Assembly (NCBI GenBank): GCA_913060675.1
Contig: CAJXUS010000017.1
Coordinates: 3,988 to 67,987 of the forward strand
Direction of reading: 5' to 3'
Source of the DNA: an uncultured Rhodospirillales bacterium
GTDB taxonomy: Bacteria > Pseudomonadota > Alphaproteobacteria > Kiloniellales > Kiloniellaceae
DNA length: 64,000 bases
Shown piece after piece: positions 49,300 to 57,898 of the stretch (within the stretch, counting starts at the first letter, position 1; each line of letters opens with the position of its first letter). The notes under the pieces are model-generated. The model saw only the letters and a program-made list of their open reading frames with translations, was not told where the DNA came from and searched no databases. Both the position numbers and the translations under genes were made by a program.

Positions 49300-51687
49300 T
49301 TATTCCATTGATTTTCTGTCAAAGCGTTCTGCAGCCTTAGAAATCCAATGGTCGCTAATCCGGTAATGATCAAAAAGATCTATCAGATCACCACATTGCC
49401 CAAATGAATTCACGCCAAGTGGTGCAACCGCATGCCCCCGAACCCCACCCAACCAAGCCAAAGCCGCTGGATGACCATCAATTACCGTAACAATACGTGC
49501 ATCAGGGGCCAAAGGTTTCAAAAGATCTTCGACGTGGGCAGATTTGCCACCGTCAGAACCGATTAATCGTGCGCGTTCAAGGTCTTGCCACTCATTATAG
49601 AGCCTATCTGTTGATGTCACTGATAAAAGTCCAATATCAGGAATTTTTGACTTCAGATTATCAAAAGCCTTTAAGGCCTCCGGTGCAATAGCTCCGCTAA
49701 ACACAATTATTTTACTTGTTTGAGAAGCCGGCGGAACAAGCCAATAGCCGCCTCGTACAATATCTTCTTTGGTTTTGTCATCCAGAGTACGGTTCGGCTG
49801 ATCTAGCTGGCGAGTAGACAGACGAAGATACACAGATCCCCCGTCGTCGTCGTCTTGCATATGTGCAAAACTCCAGCCCATAATAACAGGAACTTCATCG
49901 GCAAAAGCAGGCTCAAAAGAAGTAAGACCTGGCTGCCCCATACCAATTAGCGGCGTTGATATTGATTGATGCGCACCGCCTTCTGGTGCAAGTGTTATCC
50001 CAGATGGGGTAGCAACCAGCATAAACCGCGCATCTTGATAACAAGCGTAATTCAGAGCATCAAGACCCCGCGAAATGAAAGGATCGTAAAGCGTTCCAAT
50101 CGGTAGCAAGCGCTCTCCAAAGAGACTGCCCGAAAGGCCGAGCGCAGCCAAATTCAAAAACAGATTGTTTTCTGCAATGCCAAGTTCAACATGCTGACCT
50201 TTGGGATGGCGATCCCATTTTTGCATGGAAGGAACTTTGTTCGCCCGAAAAGCATCATCTTTACGTTCACGCCCAAACAAGCCTTGATGATTAACCCATC
50301 CGCCTAGATTGGTTGAAACCGTCACATCAGGTGACGTAGTGACTATTCTATCAGCCAGATCACCCCCAGCTTTAGCCAAATCATTTAAGATGCGACCAAA
50401 CGTTTCCTGGGTGGATGCTTTATCCGTCTGGGAGAACGGTAATTCTTGGGGTAAAACCACTTTTCGGGCTTGCTTATGACCTGCCCCATCGCTCATGACA
50501 GATGCATCTTCAATAATCTGCTTTATCTCTTCCAGATCACCTTTAAGACCTGCTAAGTGTGCCCACTCTTCACCTTCGGGAACATCACAGCTTTTTTGGA
50601 ACTCTGCAAACTGCTGAGGGTTCATCAGTCCTGCGTGATTATCCTTGTGCCCTTGAAGCGGTAGACCATATCCCTTGACGGTATAGCAAACAAAGGTAGT
50701 CGGTTTATCATCGGGAACAGACTTAAAGGCTTCAAGAATAGTTTCCATGCAATGACCGCCAAGGTTGGTCATAAGCTTTTGAAGATCATCATCTTCATAA
50801 CTATCGATCAGCTCTAAAAGAGCTATATTATCTGGCTGGTCTTCTTTTATTTTTTTACGCCAAGCAGCAGCACCCTGGAAGGTCAAAGCAGAATAAATAT
50901 CATTCGGACAAGAGTTAATCCAACGACGGAGCGATGATCCGCCCGGCTTTGCAAAAGCTGCGCGTTGTAACTTACCATACTTGACGGTTATTACGTTCCA
51001 GCCAACCGCACGGAAAAACCGTCCTATGATACGAAAGAGATCCTCATTTACCGTACCATCCAGACTTTGACGATTATAATCAATGATCCACCAAACATTG
51101 CGAATATCGTGCTTCCAGGTATCCAGTAACGCCTCATAGATATTACCTTCATCCAGTTCTGCATCCCCTACCAAAGCAATCATCCGGCCGGGCTCTTTAT
51201 CACTCGGAATGATATCTTTATGACGAAGATAATCCTGCGTGAGCGCAGCAAAGTTAGTTACCGCAGCACCAAGTCCCACGGACCCGGTTGAAAAATCGAT
51301 CATGGCACCGTCTTTCGTACGCGACGGATAGGATTGAGCACCGCCAAAAGCACGAAAACCAGCCAATTTTTCCCTAGTTTGGTTCCCAAGAAGGTACTGA
51401 ATAGCATGAAGAACAGGACTTGCATGAGGCTTCACGGCAACGCGATCTTCAGAACGAAGTTCGTGCATGTAAAGCGCTGTCATAATGGTCGTGATAGAAG
51501 CACAGCTTGCTTGGTGGCCGCCAACTTTCAGACCATCCCGACTTTCTCGAAGATGGTTCGCATGATGAATTGTCCAGGTCGCAAGCCAGCGGACCTTGTT
51601 TTCAATTTCCAATAGCGCATGCGTATGCTCGTTTTCACCATCCCACGCATTATCGTACGTTACGTTTCCCGCTAACTTTGCTTGCAT
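49300..51687 (-). CDS. mdeB: Homodimeric AceE/transketolase-type 2-oxoacid dehydrogenase E1 (MdeB-like, probably 2-oxobutyrate)
   Basis: KVGGHQASCAS, KPHASP, STGSVGLG, ThDP motif GDAELDEG...N, ELGIAENN, EGGAHQS; directly downstream of methionine gamma-lyase as in P. putida mdeAB. Start placed at ATG 51687. Confidence 0.8.
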   Translation of the reverse strand: MQAKLAGNVTYDNAWDGENEHTHALLEIENKVRWLATWTIHHANHLRESRDGLKVGGHQASCASITTIMTALYMHELRSEDRVAVKPHASPVLHAIQYLLGNQTREKLAGFRAFGGAQSYPSRTKDGAMIDFSTGSVGLGAAVTNFAALTQDYLRHKDIIPSDKEPGRMIALVGDAELDEGNIYEALLDTWKHDIRNVWWIIDYNRQSLDGTVNEDLFRIIGRFFRAVGWNVITVKYGKLQRAAFAKPGGSSLRRWINSCPNDIYSALTFQGAAAWRKKIKEDQPDNIALLELIDSYEDDDLQKLMTNLGGHCMETILEAFKSVPDDKPTTFVCYTVKGYGLPLQGHKDNHAGLMNPQQFAEFQKSCDVPEGEEWAHLAGLKGDLEEIKQIIEDASVMSDGAGHKQARKVVLPQELPFSQTDKASTQETFGRILNDLAKAGGDLADRIVTTSPDVTVSTNLGGWVNHQGLFGRERKDDAFRANKVPSMQKWDRHPKGQHVELGIAENNLFLNLAALGLSGSLFGERLLPIGTLYDPFISRGLDALNYACYQDARFMLVATPSGITLAPEGGAHQSISTPLIGMGQPGLTSFEPAFADEVPVIMGWSFAHMQDDDDGGSVYLRLSTRQLDQPNRTLDDKTKEDIVRGGYWLVPPASQTSKIIVFSGAIAPEALKAFDNLKSKIPDIGLLSVTSTDRLYNEWQDLERARLIGSDGGKSAHVEDLLKPLAPDARIVTVIDGHPAALAWLGGVRGHAVAPLGVNSFGQCGDLIDLFDHYRISDHWISKAAERFDRKSME

Positions 51688-51730
51688 TAACCCGTCCCCG
51701 TAAAAAAAACACTTTAGTTTTAGTTTTTCA

Positions 51731-51764
51731 CCTGCCCTCAAAAACCTAACGACATGAGGGCAGG
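51731..51764. other. GC-rich 10-bp stem-loop between mdeA and mdeB
   Basis: CCTGCCCTCA-N14-TGAGGGCAGG; no U-tract immediately after it on the coding strand. Confidence 0.5.
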
Positions 51765-51774
51765 ATATTTTTAA

Positions 51775-53007
51775 TTATGCGCTTTTAGGCATCACTCTAA
51801 TATTACTTCCACCGCCTGCAATATCCAAAGCCTGCTCAAGATCAGAAAGAATATCCTCTTCCTCTTCCAGACCAACGGAAAGGCGAACCAGGCTATCGGT
51901 GATATCGTATTTCGCACGCTCTTCTTCGGTGTAAGTTGAGTGTGTCATTGTTGCAGGATGTTGAATGAGAGTTTCTGCATCACCTAGGCTAACAGCGCGA
52001 ACAATCATCTGACAGGCGTCAATAAAGTTACGCCCCATATCAAGACCACCCTTGAGTTCCAAAGCAATCATGCCACCAAAATCTGACATTTGCTTTTTGG
52101 CAACATCATAGTATTCAAAACTTTCGAGGCCAGGGTAGTACACTTTGCTAACCAAACTGTGGCTTTCAAGGTAACGCGCGACAGTCAAAGCAGATTTACA
52201 ATGGCGGTCCATACGTAAGTTCAAGGTCTTTAGACCACGCAATATCAGGTTTGCGTCTTGTGCTGAAAGCACAGCTCCCGTCATATCCTTTAAACCAACG
52301 AGGCGAATATCGTGCATGATCTCTGCAGACCCGACAACAACACCTGCCATTAAATCGCCATGCCCACCGAGGTATTTGGTCGCAGAATGCACAACGAGAT
52401 CGGCACCGAGTTCCAAAGGTCGCTGTAGATATGGGCTACAATAGGTATTATCAACAACAACGGTTGCGCCTTTAGTGTGTGCAACTTCTGAAATCGCTGC
52501 GATATCCACTACACGCATGTTCGGATTTGCTGGAGTTTCGAAATATACGATACGGGTTTTATCGTTGATGGCTTCTGCCAATTTTGCAGGATCGGTAAGA
52601 TCAACATGGCGAATTTTTACGCCAAAACGTTCCAGTCCATGGTTAAAGAAAGAGAAAGTGCAGCCATAGAGTGTCCGATCAACGATGATCTCGTCACCAG
52701 GATTAACAAGTGTCCAGAAAACGGAGGTTATAGCGCCCATACCTGAGGAGGTGACCAGTGCCGCTTCGCCACCCTCTAAAACTGTCATTCGTTCTTCGAG
52801 CAATGCAAGTGTTGGGTTTGAGATACGACTATAGATGTACCCACCTTCTTCTTCCTGAAAGCGGCGCCCGCCTTGTGCAGCAGTATCAAAGGCAAAAGTC
52901 GACGACATATATACTGGAGGGTTCAATGCCCCTTGATGATCCAGCGGATTATAAGCATGGTGAATTGCACGGGTTGCAAAGCCTTTTTTACCTGTGACGT
53001 CAGACAT
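51775..53007 (-). CDS. mdeA: Methionine gamma-lyase
   Basis: YSRISNPT, LYGCTF (the MGL-specific Cys next to the conserved Tyr), FETPANP, DNTY, SATKYLGGHGD and RAVSLGDAETL motifs. Confidence 0.92.
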   Translation of the reverse strand: MSDVTGKKGFATRAIHHAYNPLDHQGALNPPVYMSSTFAFDTAAQGGRRFQEEEGGYIYSRISNPTLALLEERMTVLEGGEAALVTSSGMGAITSVFWTLVNPGDEIIVDRTLYGCTFSFFNHGLERFGVKIRHVDLTDPAKLAEAINDKTRIVYFETPANPNMRVVDIAAISEVAHTKGATVVVDNTYCSPYLQRPLELGADLVVHSATKYLGGHGDLMAGVVVGSAEIMHDIRLVGLKDMTGAVLSAQDANLILRGLKTLNLRMDRHCKSALTVARYLESHSLVSKVYYPGLESFEYYDVAKKQMSDFGGMIALELKGGLDMGRNFIDACQMIVRAVSLGDAETLIQHPATMTHSTYTEEERAKYDITDSLVRLSVGLEEEEDILSDLEQALDIAGGGSNIRVMPKSA

Positions 53008-53063
53008 TTAAATATTCTCCCAGAATGAGCACTTTGTAATGTGTTATGTTTCACTTCTATATT

Positions 53064-53080
53064 AGCAACAGTTGTGCCAA
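53064..53080 (-). promoter_or_regulatory. Sigma54 (-24/-12) promoter for mdeA
   Basis: The minus strand reads TTGGCACAACTGTTGCT, an exact match to TGGCAC-N5-TTGC, 56 bp upstream of the mdeA start. Confidence 0.85.
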
Positions 53081-53131
53081 CTTAAATTTCTCATTTTTCT
53101 CAAACACTTAACTTAATCAGCGAAAATTTAA

Positions 53132-53149
53132 TGTAAGAATTATCTTACG
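53132..53149. promoter_or_regulatory. TyrR/PhhR-type box 1
   Basis: TGTAAG-AATTAT-CTTACG (TyrR consensus TGTAAA-N6-TTTACA). Confidence 0.7.
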
Positions 53150-53209
53150 GCCACAGATATACACATACCTTTTACTATATTTATCATTGATTTCAGAGAA
53201 GTAACGTGA

Positions 53210-53243
53210 TGTAAATATATTCTTACGTAAGGAATACTTTACA
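53210..53243. promoter_or_regulatory. Overlapping TyrR/PhhR-type boxes 2 and 3
   Basis: TGTAAA-TATATT-CTTACG (53210-53227) and CGTAAG-GAATAC-TTTACA (53226-53243), abutting the regulator's ATG. Confidence 0.7.
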
Positions 53244-54857
53244 ATGAGAGTTCAGCTTACTGGCGACAATCGTTTAGGAATCACCCAAGAAGTATTAACA
53301 GTGCTGGTAAAATCTGGCTTGGATATCCGAAACCTCGAAGTCACCACACACTATATTTACATGGATATTCCAGCGCTAAGAAAGCCAGGTTTAAAAGCCT
53401 TGGCAGAGGCGGTAAAATCAGTTCGAGGCATCCATGAGGTTATCGCCATAGATTTGCTCCCCACTGAGCGTCGTCGCTTACAATTACATGCTGTGCTCTC
53501 CAGCTTACCCGATCCTGTAATCGCCATAGATACCCAGGGCTTTATCACTCAAACCAACGAAGCCGTGCAAAAAATCACCAATAAAAGCGAAGCGAAGCTG
53601 CGGTGCTACCCCCTGGATAAACTATTAAACTCTCCAATTACGGCACTACTGCAACAAGCCGCATTTCAAATACCCGAAACGGAGATGGTGCTCGGCACAG
53701 AAACTTTCATGCTCCACGCAGAACCAATCACATCGCGTGACAAAAATGACACTGAAGTATCCGGAAGTGTTTTAATCTTTCAGCGCCCGACAAGAATAGG
53801 GCGCGCCTTTAGCGCACTCGACACACGGCAAGCGACAAGAGGTTTTAGTGCCATTCTTGGCGATACCGACGTAATGAAAAACATCAAAGCAAAAGCATTA
53901 CGATTATCAAAAGTCGACGCTCCCTTACTCATTCTTGGTGAAACGGGAACAGGTAAAGAACTGTTTGCAAGAGCAGCTCACGAAGCCAGCAATAGAAACA
54001 AACAACCTTTTCTTGCCCTAAACTGTGCTGCTTTACCTGAAAATTTAGCAGAGAGTGAGCTCTTCGGTTATGCGCAAGGCGCATTCACATCAGCGGCAAA
54101 AGGCGGTAAGCCAGGACTACTGGAACTTGCTGATACGGGAACGGTATTCCTCGACGAAATTGGGGAGCTTTCACCATACTTACAGGCCAAACTCCTTAGA
54201 TTTCTTCAAGATGGTACTTTTAGACGTGTGGGAGGCACTAAAGAAATTAGGGTCGATGTCAGGACCATCAGCGCAACCAACAGAGATCTCGAAAAGATGA
54301 TTGCAACCAATAATTTTCGGGAAGATCTTTTCTACCGCCTCAACGTTCTTTCAATTACGATCCCCCCTTTGCGCAACCGGGTCGAAGACATCCCCTTACT
54401 TGCCAGGCACTTTATATCACGAGCTGCTCGACAAATTGGTTGCCAGAAGCCAAGTATCTCAAGTGACTTACTGGAGCTCCTCAACAGCTACCCCTGGCCG
54501 GGAAACATACGACAGATGGAAAATTTATTATTCCGCGCGGTTTCCCTTTGTGATGAAGAGTATCTGTTGCCAAAGGACTTAGATCTAAGAATAGAAGAGC
54601 TACAGGATACAAGGCAGTTAGAGATAAGGTCAGCTTTCCAGAACACTTCTAATAGCGCTCTACACCAAGATGGGTCTAACAAGCCAACTGTACCCAGCTA
54701 CAAGGAGGCGCTCGAGATCTTTGAGAAGAACCTCTTCACGGAACTCTACCCTCGATACCCAAGTAGCCGTAAACTTGCACAAGCGCTCAAAGTATCCCAC
54801 ACAACAATCGCAGATAAACTAAGGAAATATAAGATCAAAGCTCCTTATCAAAGATAA
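53244..54857 (+). CDS. TyrR/PhhR/GcsR-type enhancer-binding protein (ACT-PAS-AAA+-HTH)
   Basis: ACT-like MRVQLTGDNRLGITQEVL, PAS LPDPVIAID, GETGTGKE, ESELFGYAQGAFTSA, DEIGEL, and TyrR-type HTH YPSSRKLAQALKVSHTTIADKLRKY. Confidence 0.92.
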   Translation: MRVQLTGDNRLGITQEVLTVLVKSGLDIRNLEVTTHYIYMDIPALRKPGLKALAEAVKSVRGIHEVIAIDLLPTERRRLQLHAVLSSLPDPVIAIDTQGFITQTNEAVQKITNKSEAKLRCYPLDKLLNSPITALLQQAAFQIPETEMVLGTETFMLHAEPITSRDKNDTEVSGSVLIFQRPTRIGRAFSALDTRQATRGFSAILGDTDVMKNIKAKALRLSKVDAPLLILGETGTGKELFARAAHEASNRNKQPFLALNCAALPENLAESELFGYAQGAFTSAAKGGKPGLLELADTGTVFLDEIGELSPYLQAKLLRFLQDGTFRRVGGTKEIRVDVRTISATNRDLEKMIATNNFREDLFYRLNVLSITIPPLRNRVEDIPLLARHFISRAARQIGCQKPSISSDLLELLNSYPWPGNIRQMENLLFRAVSLCDEEYLLPKDLDLRIEELQDTRQLEIRSAFQNTSNSALHQDGSNKPTVPSYKEALEIFEKNLFTELYPRYPSSRKLAQALKVSHTTIADKLRKYKIKAPYQR

Positions 54858-54871
54858 GAACTCTTCAAATA

Positions 54872-56896
54872 TTATTCCGCCGCGGCACTGGAGGGGTGAA
54901 TAATTTCATTCGCCAGCTTCCCCGTAAGCTCAACCAGATGAGAAAACTCGGAACTAAATGTTCCGATCCCCTGCGTTTGTGACCTCAATTCTATGATTAA
55001 GTCACTCATCTCTGCCTGCGGTAAAAGCGCCGTTATCTCATCCCACCCTTTCCAACCGTCCTTGGCATCAAAGCCCAGAATTTGTCCTCGCCTACGTGAA
55101 ATCAACGCCTGGCCATTGGAAGTAAACGGACTGGGAATAGAGATTTTTAACTCATAAATTGGCTCCAATAATGCAGGGCGACAACTGGAAAGCCCTTCCT
55201 TCATCGCCATAATTCCCGCTTTCCTAAACGCCAAGTCAGAACTATCGACCGCGTGATGTTGACCATCGAGAAGGGTCACGGCGATATCAACAACTTGAAA
55301 ACCCAAAGGACCCGATACAATATATTCTTTCACACCTGCCTGAACGGCAGGAATATGTTTTTTAGGAACCGAACCCCCTGTTACAGAGCTCTCAAAAATA
55401 AACCCGCTACCACGTGACAAGGGCTGTATATTCAGATGCACATCCCCAAACTCACCATGGCCGCCACTTTGTTTTTTATGGCGCGCGTGTGCTACTGTCC
55501 CCTTCAAAATAGTTTCTTTATAGGCGACCTTAGGTCGACGTGCTTTGACCGATACGTTGTATTGACGCTCTAATTTACTGAGGGCTACTTTGAGATGGAT
55601 CTCACCTTGGCCCCACAACAAAAGCTCATGTGTATCGGGATTACTTTTAAAAGAAAGAGAGGGGTCTTCTTCAGCTAATCGAGCCAATCCAGTAGATAAC
55701 TTGACTTCATCTTCATGCTTGAGAGTTTCGATAGAGAGTGAATATACAGGAGGCTCTATATCAGGACAAAAATCTTGATCTTTTAACAATCCATCTTGGG
55801 TTAAGACTTGCCCCGAACGCACCTCTTCCATACGCCCTAGTGCTGCAATATCTCCCTCACAAACCTCTCTCACTTTTTCATTTTTTTGACCGAGAATAAA
55901 ATTTAAACCACTAACTCTATGCTCCCCTAAATGATCCCCATCATGGATCTCCCCGCGCCAAATTCTTGCATAAGAGAGCTTGCCAATGTGAGGAACAAAC
56001 TGGGTTTTGAATACTTGAATAAGCTGCTTGTGATCAGGAAATGCAAGACGTTCGCGTGTAATCTCAGGTTGAGGGCAATCGTGTCGTAGAGTTTTCCAAA
56101 GCCGATTAATACCATAGCCATGTTCAGCACCGCCGATAAGAACCGGCACGACGAGATCGTCGCTCAGATCCTTTGAAAATTGCTGATATATCTCTTCAGA
56201 AGAAGGCGCTTCATCCTCCAGTAATTGCTCCAAAAGCACATCGTCGAAATCTGCGAGCCCTTCTAGCATATCCTGCCTTGCATCGGCTTCGCGTTGTTTG
56301 ATTACGTCTGGCATCTCGATGACATTAGAGCCGTCTTCGCCGTAGCGGTAAGCCTTTTCAGAAATCAGATCCACATACCCATTTATTTTACCCTCTTCCC
56401 GCAAGGGAACCTGCCGAAGAATGAGAGGTCGTTCCGACACATCCTGAAGCGCATCGAAAACTTCGGATACAGTGTGTGTTGAGGTATCAATTTTATTTAT
56501 AAAAATAAGGTGCGGAATATCATTTGTATCGAGAAAGTGGAGTAATGGCGACAAAGCCAAAGCTTTTTCCGGGTTGGGTTCGCAAACAACGACAGCGATG
56601 TCAACCACAGATAAGGCAGCGACGGTATCTTGATGAAATTCAACAGATCCGGGAGTATCTATCAGGGTCCAATTGTCGCCGAGATACTTAGTACGTGCGA
56701 GGGATAATTCGACAGACATATGCCGATCACGAGACTCCGGCGACGTATCACCGACGGTATTTTTCTCTTTTACAGTACCACGCCGCTGGATTTCTCCAGA
56801 CGCGCAGAGCAAGGCCTCCATCACAGATGTTTTACCACTGAGATATGGGCCAACTATGGCGGCACTACGGGCCGCCACGGATACAGATCCAGGCAT
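54872..56896 (-). CDS. Elongation factor G paralogue (EF-G2/FusA2-like)
   Basis: Divergent G motifs GPYLSGKT, DTPGSVEF and NKID; LLWGQGEIHL, HKKQSGGHGEFG, VDSSDLAF and LLEPIY. Start placed at ATG 56896 (GGAGG upstream). Confidence 0.9.
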   Translation of the reverse strand: MPGSVSVAARSAAIVGPYLSGKTSVMEALLCASGEIQRRGTVKEKNTVGDTSPESRDRHMSVELSLARTKYLGDNWTLIDTPGSVEFHQDTVAALSVVDIAVVVCEPNPEKALALSPLLHFLDTNDIPHLIFINKIDTSTHTVSEVFDALQDVSERPLILRQVPLREEGKINGYVDLISEKAYRYGEDGSNVIEMPDVIKQREADARQDMLEGLADFDDVLLEQLLEDEAPSSEEIYQQFSKDLSDDLVVPVLIGGAEHGYGINRLWKTLRHDCPQPEITRERLAFPDHKQLIQVFKTQFVPHIGKLSYARIWRGEIHDGDHLGEHRVSGLNFILGQKNEKVREVCEGDIAALGRMEEVRSGQVLTQDGLLKDQDFCPDIEPPVYSLSIETLKHEDEVKLSTGLARLAEEDPSLSFKSNPDTHELLLWGQGEIHLKVALSKLERQYNVSVKARRPKVAYKETILKGTVAHARHKKQSGGHGEFGDVHLNIQPLSRGSGFIFESSVTGGSVPKKHIPAVQAGVKEYIVSGPLGFQVVDIAVTLLDGQHHAVDSSDLAFRKAGIMAMKEGLSSCRPALLEPIYELKISIPSPFTSNGQALISRRRGQILGFDAKDGWKGWDEITALLPQAEMSDLIIELRSQTQGIGTFSSEFSHLVELTGKLANEIIHPSSAAAE

Positions 56897-57150
56897 AACG
56901 ACCTCCTTTGTTAAATATTGGTCGTCCACCCCTGCTCCAGGGGCGGTCCCCCCTGATTGGTATGAATATATATGTTTTCATACCGACTGTAAGAAAGGCA
57001 ACTAAAAAGTGAATTTTGATCTGATCATGGAGTACTATTTTCCGAACATTACTTGACTATTTAATCACGCCCCTCATCTTTGATACTCAAACCATTTCCC
57101 TCTAGTATTAGAGGTCCCTTTCACATTCGACATTTTTACGGGTTTCTCTC

Positions 57151-57804
57151 ATGGATAGAATGCGCCTCATAATTGGTAACAAAAACTACTCTTCATGGTC
57201 GTTGCGTCCATGGCTTGCAATGAAAGTTGCTGGCCTTGATTTTGATGAGCAAGTTATTCCCCTCTACGAGAGTGATACAAAAGAAAAACTTCTTGAATAC
57301 TCTCCTGTAGGAACGGTTCCTGTTCTCAAAGATGGAGATCTAACGATTAGTGATAGCTTTGCTATTCTTGAATACCTCGGAGAGAAATATCCCGATGCCA
57401 GACTTTTACCCGTCAACATAGCTGACCGTGCCAAATTGCGTTCTATTTGTTGTGAGATGCATTCTGGATTTTTCCCAATGCGTGGCACATTACATATGAA
57501 TATGCGTAAAAACATCACAATAAAATTGCCCGAAGATGTAATTGCTAATGTTGAAAGAATTAAGGATGTCTGGCGCAATTGCAGAGAGGAATATGCCAGT
57601 AAGGGACCATTTCTTTTCGGCCATTTCACCATTGCCGACGCAATGTATGCACCAGTTGTCAGCCGGTTTAAAACCTATGGCATCAGTCTTGACGGTGCTT
57701 GTGAAGAATACAGCCGTACCATGCTTAATCTGCCTGAAATGAAAGCTTGGTATCTGGATGCTATAAAAGAAACCTGGATTATCAAAGAAGCTGAAATCGA
57801 ATAA
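57151..57804 (+). CDS. Glutathione S-transferase family protein
   Basis: IIGNKNYSSWSLRPWL, SPVGTVPVL, DSFAILEYL, EMHSGF and FTIADAMYAPV motifs. Confidence 0.92.
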   Translation: MDRMRLIIGNKNYSSWSLRPWLAMKVAGLDFDEQVIPLYESDTKEKLLEYSPVGTVPVLKDGDLTISDSFAILEYLGEKYPDARLLPVNIADRAKLRSICCEMHSGFFPMRGTLHMNMRKNITIKLPEDVIANVERIKDVWRNCREEYASKGPFLFGHFTIADAMYAPVVSRFKTYGISLDGACEEYSRTMLNLPEMKAWYLDAIKETWIIKEAEIE

Positions 57805-57826
57805 CACCAGATCTTAGTCACCCTTA

Positions 57827-57866
57827 ACAGAAAAAGGCTGCTCCGAAATGAGCAGCCTTTTTCTGT
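57827..57866. terminator. Bidirectional intrinsic terminator between GST and xsc
   Basis: 17-bp perfect stem ACAGAAAAAGGCTGCTC-CGAAAT-GAGCAGCCTTTTTCTGT. Confidence 0.85.
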
Positions 57867-57898
57867 ATTTAAGCGTTTTATCTTAAGAAATATGTTTC

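Noticed and set aside
49300-51687. Housekeeping pyruvate dehydrogenase aceE or transketolase
   Set aside because: There are no aceF/lpd genes alongside, and its position directly behind methionine gamma-lyase favours an MdeB-like role.
54872-56896. Canonical fusA
   Set aside because: It is not in an rpsL-rpsG-fusA-tuf operon, and its G-domain motifs are degenerate.
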